DNA of 64,000 bases from Phycisphaerales bacterium (GTDB lineage Bacteria; Planctomycetota; Phycisphaerae; Phycisphaerales; UBA1924), in assembly GCA_030149165.1 (NCBI GenBank), contig JASBRY010000007.1, forward strand, positions 31,433-95,432, read 5' to 3'. The position numbers were made by a program, and so were the translations under genes. Of the stretch, positions 9,341 to 20,879 are shown piece after piece. Each line of letters begins with the position of its first letter. Position 1 is the first letter of the stretch. The notes beneath the pieces were generated by a model that saw only the letters and a list, made by a program, of their open reading frames with translations, searched no databases and had not been told where the DNA came from.

Positions 9341-10501
9341 ATGACCCAGACCACACTCAAGACGACCCCGCTCCACAAATACCACCTCGAATACCACGCT
9401 CAAATGGTGGATTATGCTGGATGGGAAATGCCCATCAAGTACGAGACCTCGATCCACGATGAGCACACGCACTGTCGTACGAATGGATCACTCTTTGATG
9501 TCTCCCACATGGGACGATTGTCCGTAAAGGGCAAAGGCGCGGCTCGGCTTTTCGAGCGAGTTTGTTCGCGACGCATCGGGGACATGCAGCACGGGCAGTG
9601 CCGGTACTCATTCATGTGCAACGAATCGGGTGGGGTGCTCGATGATGTGATCGTTAATCGGATGGACGACAACGAGTTCCTCGTTGTGGTCAACGGCGCC
9701 AATCGCGAAAAGATCATCGCTCATATGCAGCAGGTCATCAACGATCGTGGGTTCGATGTCAAGTTCGAGGATCGCACAGAAAAGACAGCGATGGTTGCGA
9801 TTCAAGGCCCAAAGGTCATGGACCTGCTCAGCAAGGTCTCATCGGAACTCGCAGAACTTAAGCGGTTCAGATTCATCGTCAAGAACCTGATGATCATGAA
9901 GGTCATCGTTGCACGCACGGGCTACACAGGAGAGAACGGCGTCGAGGTTATCCTGCCCGCATCCGCGGTCTCTATGGCGATCAATCTGCTCCAGAAAGAA
10001 GCCGTGAGCATCGATTCCGATCTGGATCTCAAACCCTGTGGCCTTGCGGCACGCGACACGCTGCGTCTGGAAGCCGGGCTCCCACTCTATGGACACGAGT
10101 TGGACGAAGAGACCTCCGCGCTCGCAGTGGGAATGCCGTTTGCGATGAACCTCGATAAGTCGGTCGAGGCCGACGGCGAAACATTCATCGGACAGGAAGC
10201 ACTTCTTGAGCAGCAAGCCAGCGGCGGTCCCGGTCTGTCTCTCGTCGGGATCGAGATCGATTCGAAGCGTACCGCACGCCAAGGCATGAATGTACTCTCT
10301 GGTGACGAATCAGTTGGACGAGTCACATCGGGGTGCATGTCCCCTACGCTCGAGAAGTCCATCGCGATGGCGTATGTAGATTCCGCTCATGCCGCAGCAG
10401 GGACCAAAATCACAATCGACGCGGGCCGTACCCAACTCGAAGGGACAATCGTGCCGTTGCCGTTCTACAAGGCACCGAAACCCGCTCCGAAGTCGAGCTG
10501 A
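9341..10501 (+). CDS. gcvT: Glycine cleavage system aminomethyltransferase T
   Basis: TPLHKYHLEYHAQMVDYAGWEMPIKY and FDVSHMGRL are typical of GcvT. The ATG is at 9341; the track start 9335 is TTG. Confidence 0.92.
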   Translation: MTQTTLKTTPLHKYHLEYHAQMVDYAGWEMPIKYETSIHDEHTHCRTNGSLFDVSHMGRLSVKGKGAARLFERVCSRRIGDMQHGQCRYSFMCNESGGVLDDVIVNRMDDNEFLVVVNGANREKIIAHMQQVINDRGFDVKFEDRTEKTAMVAIQGPKVMDLLSKVSSELAELKRFRFIVKNLMIMKVIVARTGYTGENGVEVILPASAVSMAINLLQKEAVSIDSDLDLKPCGLAARDTLRLEAGLPLYGHELDEETSALAVGMPFAMNLDKSVEADGETFIGQEALLEQQASGGPGLSLVGIEIDSKRTARQGMNVLSGDESVGRVTSGCMSPTLEKSIAMAYVDSAHAAAGTKITIDAGRTQLEGTIVPLPFYKAPKPAPKSS

Positions 10502-11215
10502 TCAGTCGATTTGATTCTCTTTGCCACACTCTACCCAACCGGCATCCGTGTGCCGAACGATCGCGCCAGTGACCTGATAGATCACCTGTTCCGCGATGTT
10601 GGTGCAGTGATCCGCCATCACCACGGCTTGGTGGATAATCGAGTGCAGATCAAACGCGTCATCGACCCCCAGCCGTCCATCAGCGATGCGTTGCTCACTC
10701 TTCTTGACGATCACATCGTAAAACTCAAGGACTGTACCCTCTGAGTTGAGCACGACTTTCGCTCTCGCCGAATCACTCTCGGCAAAGCACTTGACCGCAT
10801 CACGCAGGATTCCCACGACGGAGTTGGTCATCACCATCGTGGTCTTGGGGAATGTCGAGGTCCGATCTCCGAGCGAGACCACGCGATTGGCGACATCCGC
10901 CGCCGCGTCGGCGATCCGTTCGAGTTCGTTATTCACCTTGACAGCGGAGAGCAGAGCTCTGATCTGCTGTGGAGTCAGGGCACAGCCGTCTTCGGATGCT
11001 CGCTGGAGCAGATCGACCGCGTCTCGTTCGATTTCCAGGTCCGCTTGATCGACCTCGTCGTCCCTCGTCATGATTCGGAGTGCGGTCTCTGAATCCATGC
11101 TGAAGATCGTCTGGAACGCTTGCTCCGCGATCTCGCAGACCAACGCACCTTGCTGTGCGAGTCGGCTCCGGATTGTCTCAAGCCGACGGTCAAACCGCTC
11201 TGATGTGATGCCCAT
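10502..11215 (-). CDS. phoU: PhoU-family phosphate signalling regulator
   Basis: 237 aa with two PhoU-like helical repeats (RDDEVDQADLEIERD and NRVVSLGDR...DHCTNIAEQVIY). Confidence 0.85.
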   Translation of the reverse strand: MGITSERFDRRLETIRSRLAQQGALVCEIAEQAFQTIFSMDSETALRIMTRDDEVDQADLEIERDAVDLLQRASEDGCALTPQQIRALLSAVKVNNELERIADAAADVANRVVSLGDRTSTFPKTTMVMTNSVVGILRDAVKCFAESDSARAKVVLNSEGTVLEFYDVIVKKSEQRIADGRLGVDDAFDLHSIIHQAVVMADHCTNIAEQVIYQVTGAIVRHTDAGWVECGKENQID

Positions 11216-11283
11216 GCATAGGGTCCTCTACCAAATCACTAAGAGTCACAGGATTCATGAGCACGATAGCAGATTTCGGATGA

Positions 11284-12657
<1,374 letters not shown>

Positions 12658-12699
12658 TGATCAGGAACCGATGGCCCGTCCATCGGTACCATATCTCGT

Positions 12700-13749
12700 A
12701 TGGGGCAATCAGAATGGAAATCAGCGTACGACGATGATGGTGACCGCTTCGCGGGCATCAAGAAAGTCCTTGCGCGGATTTTCGGCGACGGCGAGAACCC
12801 ACTCGCGTGGGGATTCCCGCTGTTCAGCATCTCCGGGACCAAGTACAAAATCCACATCTTATTGGTGGTCTTCCTGCTCGCTCAACTGATCTTTACCCTG
12901 CCGGGACACAAGGTCGGCGCGGTGTTCATGGTCCCGATGCTTGTCGCGATGGTGGTCCTGGTCTTCGCGCATGAACTCGCGCATGTGTTTGTTGCTCGGC
13001 GCGGAGGCGGTGAGTCCGAACTCCGCATGCTCTGGCCGTTGGGGGGGCTTGAGCATGCACAGTTCGAGGATGATAATCCAAAAGCCGAGATGCGGACGGC
13101 GCTCGCAGGGATCGCGCTCCATATCGCACTGATCCCGCTGTTCTTGATCCCGCTTGTGCTGCTTACTGGCGGATGGGACGCGATCGCTTTCCATCCCCTC
13201 GTCCCATCGTCATCTGTTCATGCGTTGATGCTGAGTTCAGATCAGACCACGCCTTGGTGGTTGATCCTGATCTGGTCATTCCATTTCGTCAATCTGATCT
13301 TGCTCATTGTGAACCTGATCCCGATGCACCCACTTGATGGCGCCACTGTGCTCCGATTGCTCGTGAGCAAATCCAAAGGCGATCTCGCGGCTCGTCACCA
13401 AACCGCATTCATTGGACTCTGGGTTGCGACTACAGTTGGATTGATCGGGATCCTCTTTCAAGACGCAACGATGCTCCTTGCGATCGCAATCGCGTGCGGC
13501 ATCGTCTGTACCCTCGAGCGCCGGAGAGTGCAGTTCCTCAGTTACGCGGACATGATTCCCGGTTACACAAGCTCCATCACAAGCGACGAAGATCCGCCGA
13601 GCTCGCAACCAAGTACCCCAGATCAAGCGGAACTGGATCGGATCCTTGAAAAGATCTCCTCGTCTGGGATTGAGTCGCTCAGTCGCAGCGAACGCCGAAC
13701 ACTAAAGAAAGCGACCGAATCGAGCCGAAATTCGGAAGGAAACGGCTGA
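12700..13749 (+). CDS. M50 (site-2 protease family) intramembrane metalloprotease with C-terminal cytoplasmic tail
   Basis: HELAHVF (HExxH) sits in a TM segment, with NLIPMHPLDGATV (the NxxPxxxLDG motif) and multiple hydrophobic helices. Confidence 0.8.
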   Translation: MGQSEWKSAYDDDGDRFAGIKKVLARIFGDGENPLAWGFPLFSISGTKYKIHILLVVFLLAQLIFTLPGHKVGAVFMVPMLVAMVVLVFAHELAHVFVARRGGGESELRMLWPLGGLEHAQFEDDNPKAEMRTALAGIALHIALIPLFLIPLVLLTGGWDAIAFHPLVPSSSVHALMLSSDQTTPWWLILIWSFHFVNLILLIVNLIPMHPLDGATVLRLLVSKSKGDLAARHQTAFIGLWVATTVGLIGILFQDATMLLAIAIACGIVCTLERRRVQFLSYADMIPGYTSSITSDEDPPSSQPSTPDQAELDRILEKISSSGIESLSRSERRTLKKATESSRNSEGNG

Positions 13750-13800
13750 TTCTCCCAATCACCCCAAGAAACGCGTACCCTCAAGAAGAGGCATACTCAC

Positions 13801-14709
13801 ATGGGCATCCACGATCGAGATTACAACCGCTCAGGAACCGGCATCGGGGGAGCGCCGAGAAGCGGCCAAGGTATGCTCGTTCGCTCTCCTGGTTGGTCAG
13901 TCAATACATGGCTCATCGTGATCAACATCACGATCCACATTCTCGCCGTGACCGTGCTCTTTCCTGGAATCTACCGAGCCGGTTCATTAACGATTGTTGA
14001 CGCATTTCAGCGGCTTGAGGTCTGGAGACTCATCACCTTCCAGTTCCTGCATGATCCCTCCAGCATCTGGCATGTCGGCATGAACATGTTCGGACTCTGG
14101 ATCTTCGGTCCGATGGTTGAGCAGTATCTCGGTGGAAAGAAATACCTCGCGTTTTATCTCGTCTGTGGTCTCGCAGGTGGTCTGTTGTTTTCAATCCTTA
14201 CCGTGCTCGGAAACATCACCGGCGCGAGTGTGCCGGGACTGTTGAGCAACAGCTTTGATACGCCTTTGATCGGCGCGTCCGCTGGTGTGTTCGCCGTGAT
14301 CGTTGCGTGTGCTCACATCAGTCCGAACACGACGGTCCAACTCCTGTTCCCTCCAATCCCGATGAAGCTCAAGGTCTTCGCGTACGGCTATGTCGGACTC
14401 GCGCTCTTCCAACTCCTCGTCGGATCGCACAACGCCGGAGGCGAAGCCGCACATGTGGGTGGCGCCATCGCCGGATACTACTTCATCCGAAACTCACATC
14501 ATCTGATGGACTTCTTCGATGTCTTCAACGATTCGCGGCAGAAATCAGGAAGAAACAAGAGTCGATCAAAGCCGACCAAAGGTGCTCCGAGCACAAGCGA
14601 GGTCGATCGCATTCTCGATAAAGTTGCACGCTCAGGAATTGGATCGCTCAGTGAGAAAGAAAAGAAGACCCTGAGCGATGCGAGCAAGAATCAGCGGAAC
14701 GCCGGATAA
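13801..14709 (+). CDS. Rhomboid family intramembrane serine protease with the same C-terminal tail as the preceding M50 protease
   Basis: WHVGMNMFGLWIFG, GASAGVFAV (catalytic Ser) and AHVGGAIAGYY (catalytic His) are present. Confidence 0.85.
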   Translation: MGIHDRDYNRSGTGIGGAPRSGQGMLVRSPGWSVNTWLIVINITIHILAVTVLFPGIYRAGSLTIVDAFQRLEVWRLITFQFLHDPSSIWHVGMNMFGLWIFGPMVEQYLGGKKYLAFYLVCGLAGGLLFSILTVLGNITGASVPGLLSNSFDTPLIGASAGVFAVIVACAHISPNTTVQLLFPPIPMKLKVFAYGYVGLALFQLLVGSHNAGGEAAHVGGAIAGYYFIRNSHHLMDFFDVFNDSRQKSGRNKSRSKPTKGAPSTSEVDRILDKVARSGIGSLSEKEKKTLSDASKNQRNAG

Positions 14710-14729
14710 GCGCGACCTACGCTTGCTCG

Positions 14730-15977
14730 ATGTCTTCACCCCTCAAGTTCACAGTCCATGCATCGCTCGGCAATGCTCGCTCGGGAACCGTCGAAACCCT
14801 CCACGGTTCGTATGAAACCCCTGCATTCATGCCCGTGGGAACTCGCGCGACGATCAAGGGGATCCTCCCTCAGCAGGTGAAAGAAACGGGATCGCAGATC
14901 CTGCTCAACAACACCTACCACCTCATGCTTCGTCCCGGATCCGAGCTCATCCGCGACATGGGAGGGGTTCATAAATTCATGAACTGGGACGGACCGATCC
15001 TGACGGACTCAGGTGGATATCAGGCGTATTCGATGGCGGACATCAACGCGATCGACGAAGACGGCGTCTCGTTCAAATCCATTCTCGATGGCTCGATGGT
15101 CCGCATGAATCCAGAGATCGCGATGCGCGTGCAGAACGAGCTCGGTCCTGACATCATGATGGCATTCGACGACTGCCCGCCTTCCGTTGATCCCGATACA
15201 AACTCCGTGAATCAAACAAGACTGCGCCATGCGGCTCGTCGTGATGCATCGAAGAAGAAGTACAACCACGCTGAGCGTCTGACCATCGCGAACGAACGCA
15301 CCGTGCGTTGGCTCGAGCGTTGCAAAGCATCACACGCTCGTCCAGACGAACAATCACTCTTCGGGATCATCCAAGGCGGGACCGATCTGGAACAACGCGA
15401 CTGGTCACTCCAACGCATCTGCAATATCGATCTCCCCGGCTATGCGATTGGAGGCGTCGCGGTGGGGGAGTCCACTGAAGACATCGCGAAGATCGTGCGC
15501 CACACGGCGCCACAGATGCCGAGCGACAAACCCAGATACCTGATGGGGGTGGGGTACGAGCGAGATATTGTCGCCGCGGTAATGTCAGGCGTGGATATGT
15601 TCGATTGCGTGCTTCCAACACGCAACGGCCGAAACGCAAACGCATTCACCTGCGAGCCGGGACGCAATGGACAACTCCGCGTGAGGAACGCGACATTCGC
15701 TCGCGATCCGCTCCCGATCGAGCCGGGATGCGATTGTCACGCATGCGATCCGGCGGGGCATGGATGGTCCACCCCTGACGGCCAACCCTTTACAAGGGCG
15801 TACATTCGGCATCTGTTCATGACTGGAGAGATGCTGGGACCAATCCTCGTGACGCTCCATAATCTCCGGTTTTTCCAGCGCCTCACGCATGATCTCCGAC
15901 AAGCGATCAATGCCGGGAGTTGGGACGAGTTGCTCAGCGTCAGACCACACCTGAGAGAACTGGTCGAGTCTGCCTAA
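14730..15977 (+). CDS. tgt: tRNA-guanine transglycosylase (queuine tRNA-ribosyltransferase)
   Basis: TPAFMPVGT, LTDSGGYQ and the zinc site CDCHAC are present. The tgt-yajC-secDF synteny is conserved. Confidence 0.95.
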   Translation: MSSPLKFTVHASLGNARSGTVETLHGSYETPAFMPVGTRATIKGILPQQVKETGSQILLNNTYHLMLRPGSELIRDMGGVHKFMNWDGPILTDSGGYQAYSMADINAIDEDGVSFKSILDGSMVRMNPEIAMRVQNELGPDIMMAFDDCPPSVDPDTNSVNQTRLRHAARRDASKKKYNHAERLTIANERTVRWLERCKASHARPDEQSLFGIIQGGTDLEQRDWSLQRICNIDLPGYAIGGVAVGESTEDIAKIVRHTAPQMPSDKPRYLMGVGYERDIVAAVMSGVDMFDCVLPTRNGRNANAFTCEPGRNGQLRVRNATFARDPLPIEPGCDCHACDPAGHGWSTPDGQPFTRAYIRHLFMTGEMLGPILVTLHNLRFFQRLTHDLRQAINAGSWDELLSVRPHLRELVESA

Positions 15978-16078
15978 ACCCGAATCCTGACCGGATTTGC
16001 CCCATCCTGCCCGATCAGGGGTCCTACCATCCCTGCCCAGCGGGATGCACCCGTCAGGGACATGAAAGGTATCGCTGC

Positions 16079-16564
16079 ATGGACATCAGCACACCCACGC
16101 TCGTGTGGAGCACCCACATCATGCTTGCTCAGGATTCCGGCTCATCCGGAGGCGTTCTCGGCGCTCCATCCGGATCACCATCTGGAGAAACCGCGCTGGG
16201 AACGCCCGGCGATGGGACGGCTGGAGGCGGAGCGCCTGCTGGCGGAGGCATGGGAGCGTTGCTCCCGATTATGCTTGTGATGATGGCGGGGATTCTGATC
16301 ATGACCTCGCTCTCTGGTCGCAAAGAACGCAAGAAGCATGAAAGCTTGCTCGCGAGTCTCGGAAAGAAAGACAAGGTCCGAGCCGCGGGCGGGATCATTG
16401 GGACGATCATCGAACTGAAAAACGATGAGGTGCTCCTTGAAACTGATCGCGCCTCAAACACAAGAATCCGTGTCGCGCGTTCTTCGATCACCACAGTGAT
16501 CAAATCCAAGTCCACGCCCAACAGCGAAGAAGAGACGGCTGAACTCGCCGATTCCAAGGCTTAA
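16079..16564 (+). CDS. yajC: Preprotein translocase subunit YajC with Gly/Ser/Pro-rich N-terminal extension
   Basis: LLPIMLVMMAGILIMTSLSGRKERKKHESLLASLGKKDKV...GGIIGTIIEL is YajC-like. The start is either ATG 16079 or ATG 16121. Confidence 0.8.
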   Translation: MDISTPTLVWSTHIMLAQDSGSSGGVLGAPSGSPSGETALGTPGDGTAGGGAPAGGGMGALLPIMLVMMAGILIMTSLSGRKERKKHESLLASLGKKDKVRAAGGIIGTIIELKNDEVLLETDRASNTRIRVARSSITTVIKSKSTPNSEEETAELADSKA

Positions 16565-16614
16565 CACACCAAGTCAGACATCCACCGGATCAGCCGGATA
16601 TCAAGAGGCATTGC

Positions 16615-19600
16615 ATGCGTCACTTTACTCGAAACTCAATCATCGCCATCCTCATGCTGGTCATGGCATTCTGGGCCGCAAACCCACCATCCAAGACCAT
16701 CGGACTGGGTAAAGACCTCCGAGGCGGCGCATCGCTGGTCTACTCCGTGCAGATCGATCGCACCGAGACCGCTTCGCAAGTGATCCCCAAGGTCATCGAA
16801 GTCCTCAAAAAGCGTATCGACCCCAACGGACTATACGAGATCCAGATCGTCTCCCAGGGACAGGACCGTATCGAGATCACGATGCCGCTCCCGAGCGAGT
16901 ATGTCAAAGAACTCCGCAAGGGATTCGAAGACGAACTCGCGAAACTCGGTGTGACCTCGATTGATGCCGACGAGTTTGAACGCGTGATGGCGCTCGATCC
17001 TGAAGACCGCACGGCTCAGATCGAGCGGATGGGTGCCAACAGCCCCAAGATCATGGAGCTGCTTGTTGAAGCCGCTCAAGCATACGACGACGCAGAGCGT
17101 TTCCGTCAGCAGTTTGAGACCCTCTCGATCAATGCGGATACCCCAGACGAGATTCTGGACAATGTGATCGACAGCGCCGCAGAAGCCGAGCTCGCGTATG
17201 AAGCCGCGAGAGATACAGTGCTCGACAGCGCCATCTCACCTGAAGATGTACGCCGAGCACTGGAGCAGTCGACTGAGCGCAAGACCATCCGCGATGAAGC
17301 CGCGGATACTGTGGTCACGCTTCCTTCTGAGCGTGAGCGTGCACTCAATCGCATCCGTGAACGCTACCCAGACCTCAACGCACAACTCGACGAAGTCATC
17401 AAAGCGTACGACTTCTACTCTGAGAATCGCAACTCGCTCGACGACACCGCAGACCTCAAGCGTCTCGTGCAAGCAGCGGGTGTGCTGAGTTTCCGCATTA
17501 CCGTGGATCCAGCAGGCGCTGGGACATCGAACTACACGCATCCAGAAGAAGCATCGCTCCGTGAAAAACTCCGCACAGGCGGCCCAACCCAAGCGGGCGC
17601 TCGTGACGCACGCTGGTTCAAGCTCAACAAACTCGAAAGCTGGTTCGATTCCGTCGATGGCTACGACGCGATGATCGAGAACCCATCGGGGTACTTCGCA
17701 TCGCGATACCGCTATGTCGTCGAGGAATACGAAGGCGATTACTACATGCTCTGCTGGGACACCCGCGGCTTGCGGATGACCCAAGACGATGGACGCTGGA
17801 AAGTCGACAACTCACGCCGATCCGTCGACCAACTTGGTCGTCCAGCGATCGGATTCTCGATGGATCCCGCAGGCGCGAACCGGCTCGGCGAACTCACCGG
17901 ACCAAACACCGGCGCCAACATGGCGGTGCTCCTCGACGACGAGGTCTACACCGCTCCACGGCTCAACTCGCGCATTACCAGTTCAGGTATCATCGAAGGC
18001 GACTTCTCTCCAGAGGAAATCGATTATGTCGTCCGAGTGCTCACCGCTGGATCGCTCCAAGCGAAGATCTCCGCTGAGCCGATCTCGGAAAATACCATCG
18101 CGCCTGATCTCGGACAAGATAACCTCGACGCCGGTGTCCAAGCGGGCATCATCGCGCTGATCGTTGTTTCCGTGTTCATGTTCCTCTACTACCTCGGATA
18201 CGGCTTCGTCGCCGTGATCTGTCTCGCAGCGAACGGCATCCTGATTCTGGGCGCTCTCGCACTCTCGCGAGCATCGCTCACCCTACCAGGTATCGCAGGA
18301 ATTATCCTCACCTTCGGTATGGCGGTGGACGCGAATGTGCTCATCTACGAGCGTGTGCGTGAAGAGATCTACAAGGGACTCGAACTGCGCCAAGCCGTGC
18401 GTCTGGGTTACCAGAAAGCGCTCTCATCGATCGTGGACGGCAATGTGACCAACCTCATCGTCTGTTTCGTGCTTGCCAATGTGGGTACGCAGGAAATCAA
18501 AGGCTTCGCAATCACGCTCGGTATCGGTGTGATCTGCACGATGATCAGCGCCCTGTTCATCAACCACATCATCATGAGCCTCTTGGTGGACAAACTCCGC
18601 ATCAAGAAAATGGCGATGCTCCCGATGATCTTCAAGCCAATCGAAAAAATCCTCTATCCGAAGATCAACTGGATCGGTCTGCGTTGGTTGTTCATCATCA
18701 TCTCCACATGCTATGTGAGTCTCGGGATCGGCATGATCATCTTCCAAGGCGAGAAGATGCTCGACACCGAGTTCCGTGGTGGTACGCAGGTCACCATGAG
18801 TCTCAAGCACTCGGACTCGACCGATTCATCCTCACCACGCTTGACCTCGACGCGTGCAGAGGTTGAAGAGCGCGTCCATCAGCTTGGTGAGGAAGTCGCC
18901 GAGGAGTCCGCGATCCGCGCGCTCAGAGCCGCGGAAATCATCCCGGTCAACCCCCAATCCGATGGCATTACTTCCAACAAGTTCATCATCAAGACCTTCG
19001 CGACCGATCGCGAAGCGGTGGGCAACGCGATCAGCGCCGAGTTCCAGGATGTGCTCGATGCCCCGCCGGCGCTCAGCTTCCGATACGCACAGAGCGACAA
19101 TGTCGCAGGAGCATCGGTCTACCCGATCCTCTCCGCTCGATTGGGTGAAAACATCGCGCGTCCGGAATATCGCAACAGCATCTCCAGCTACATCGGTGGT
19201 GTCGCGATTCTCGTCGAAGACATCGATCCGCTCCCGACACTTGAGAGCATCGAGTCGCGATTGGATATCACACGCCGGAAGACTGATTTCTCCGATTGCT
19301 TGGGTCGTCAGCACGAAGTCATCATCCTCGAAGGTGATGAGTCCGCAGTGAGCTCATTCGTGCTCCTGAGCATCGATGAAGGTCTGACCTACTTTGACAA
19401 TGCGGACGCATGGTCTTCCGAGATCGCATCGCGAGAATGGGACTTGATCCGTGCCGCGTTGACAACTTCCTCGGATCAGTTGAGCGTGCAGAACTTCTCG
19501 CCCGCGATCGCGGAAGACTTCCGAGCAACCGCATTCGCGGCGGTCTTGCTCTCGCTCCTGCTGATTCTGATCTATATCTGGGTTCGCTTCGGTTCGGTCC

Positions 19601-20103
19601 GCTACTCAGCAGCAGCGATCGCCGCGCTGACGCACGATGTCCTGACGGCGATTGGTCTGATCGCACTGGCCGAGATCATCTACGACCACCATATGTTCAC
19701 CGAGCTTGCGAAGACGCTGCTCATCGAGCCGTTCAAGATCGACCTCAACCTCGTCGCGGCGATGCTGACCATCATCGGATACTCGCTCAACGACTCGATC
19801 GTGATTATGGACCGCATCCGCGAGAATCGTGGAAAGCTGTCCTATGCGTCGAGAGAAGTGATCAACCAGTCCATCACCGAGACCATCTCGCGTACGGTCA
19901 TCACCTCGGGCACCACCTTGCTCGCGGTCCTGATCCTCTATGTCTACGGCGGTCAAGGCGTGCGAGCATTCTCCTTCGCACTGCTCGCGGGTGTGCTCGT
20001 TGGGACCTACTCCTCGATCGCAGTTGCGGCTCCGCTGGTCTGGTCACGCAAGAAGGATGTATCCAAATCAACAGCGACAGAGCTTGAAGTTCCTGAGGGA
20101 TAA
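16615..20103 (+). CDS. secDF: Fused protein translocase subunits SecD and SecF
   Basis: A 1162-aa ORF with two RND-like 6-TM blocks (GIIALIVVSVFMFLYY... and AAVLLSLLLILIYIWVRF...) separated by large periplasmic domains. An AAGAGG RBS precedes the ATG at 16615. Confidence 0.92.
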   Translation: MRHFTRNSIIAILMLVMAFWAANPPSKTIGLGKDLRGGASLVYSVQIDRTETASQVIPKVIEVLKKRIDPNGLYEIQIVSQGQDRIEITMPLPSEYVKELRKGFEDELAKLGVTSIDADEFERVMALDPEDRTAQIERMGANSPKIMELLVEAAQAYDDAERFRQQFETLSINADTPDEILDNVIDSAAEAELAYEAARDTVLDSAISPEDVRRALEQSTERKTIRDEAADTVVTLPSERERALNRIRERYPDLNAQLDEVIKAYDFYSENRNSLDDTADLKRLVQAAGVLSFRITVDPAGAGTSNYTHPEEASLREKLRTGGPTQAGARDARWFKLNKLESWFDSVDGYDAMIENPSGYFASRYRYVVEEYEGDYYMLCWDTRGLRMTQDDGRWKVDNSRRSVDQLGRPAIGFSMDPAGANRLGELTGPNTGANMAVLLDDEVYTAPRLNSRITSSGIIEGDFSPEEIDYVVRVLTAGSLQAKISAEPISENTIAPDLGQDNLDAGVQAGIIALIVVSVFMFLYYLGYGFVAVICLAANGILILGALALSRASLTLPGIAGIILTFGMAVDANVLIYERVREEIYKGLELRQAVRLGYQKALSSIVDGNVTNLIVCFVLANVGTQEIKGFAITLGIGVICTMISALFINHIIMSLLVDKLRIKKMAMLPMIFKPIEKILYPKINWIGLRWLFIIISTCYVSLGIGMIIFQGEKMLDTEFRGGTQVTMSLKHSDSTDSSSPRLTSTRAEVEERVHQLGEEVAEESAIRALRAAEIIPVNPQSDGITSNKFIIKTFATDREAVGNAISAEFQDVLDAPPALSFRYAQSDNVAGASVYPILSARLGENIARPEYRNSISSYIGGVAILVEDIDPLPTLESIESRLDITRRKTDFSDCLGRQHEVIILEGDESAVSSFVLLSIDEGLTYFDNADAWSSEIASREWDLIRAALTTSSDQLSVQNFSPAIAEDFRATAFAAVLLSLLLILIYIWVRFGSVRYSAAAIAALTHDVLTAIGLIALAEIIYDHHMFTELAKTLLIEPFKIDLNLVAAMLTIIGYSLNDSIVIMDRIRENRGKLSYASREVINQSITETISRTVITSGTTLLAVLILYVYGGQGVRAFSFALLAGVLVGTYSSIAVAAPLVWSRKKDVSKSTATELEVPEG

Positions 20104-20135
20104 CCCACTAGGATCAGACTCGTGGTACACTGTTG

Positions 20136-20816
20136 ATGAAGGATACTCTCATGGAAGATCGTTCATCAAAGATCTACACCGGACTGTGCGTGCTCGTGCT
20201 GATCTGGATCGGTGTGTATTGGGCGTGGGAACCAGGCCCATCGACCAAGCCGCGCATCTCGATCTCGTCTCCTGAGACGGATGATGAACCAACTCCAACT
20301 GATCCAGAAGATTCCGAATCTGACACTGAAGAGCAGAGCAGTCAGCAACTGTTGATCCTGACGCCGCCCCCAAGCGAGAATGCGGATCCAGCCCCGAGAC
20401 TCATCCCGCCTGAGTTCCGCACCCACACTGTGGTCCGTGGTGAGATCATGCAGGACATCGCGCAGCGTTACTACGGAAGCACCTCCATGTGGAGCGTGAT
20501 CGCACGAGCCAATCCACGCGTCGATCCACTCAAACTCCGCGAAGGGATGACGCTCAGGATCCCAGTCGACCCCAAGAACATCCAAGGATTCGTCGACAAC
20601 AGCGATGGATCGGGCGATGCGTCAGATACCACGCAAGAACAACCAGTGGTGGATTACATCGTGCAGTCGGGAGACTCGCTCTCACTGATCGCACAGCGTT
20701 TCTACGGCTCCGCCCGCTACGCGGACTTCATCTACGAATCCAATCGAGACACGCTCCGTTCTAAAGATGCGATCCGAGTAGGACAGACACTCAAACTCCC
20801 TCCTCTGGACCCATAA
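20136..20816 (+). CDS. Membrane-anchored protein with two LysM domains
   Basis: It has an N-terminal TM segment (IYTGLCVLVLIWIGVYWAW), an acidic linker and two LysM repeats (HTVVRGEIMQDIAQRYYG... and YIVQSGDSLSLIAQRFYG...). Confidence 0.8.
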   Translation: MKDTLMEDRSSKIYTGLCVLVLIWIGVYWAWEPGPSTKPRISISSPETDDEPTPTDPEDSESDTEEQSSQQLLILTPPPSENADPAPRLIPPEFRTHTVVRGEIMQDIAQRYYGSTSMWSVIARANPRVDPLKLREGMTLRIPVDPKNIQGFVDNSDGSGDASDTTQEQPVVDYIVQSGDSLSLIAQRFYGSARYADFIYESNRDTLRSKDAIRVGQTLKLPPLDP

Positions 20817-20879
20817 CCACTACAGAGTCGAGCTCAATCAGACCGCGATTCTGAGCCGTCAAGCACCTAGAATCTCCGC

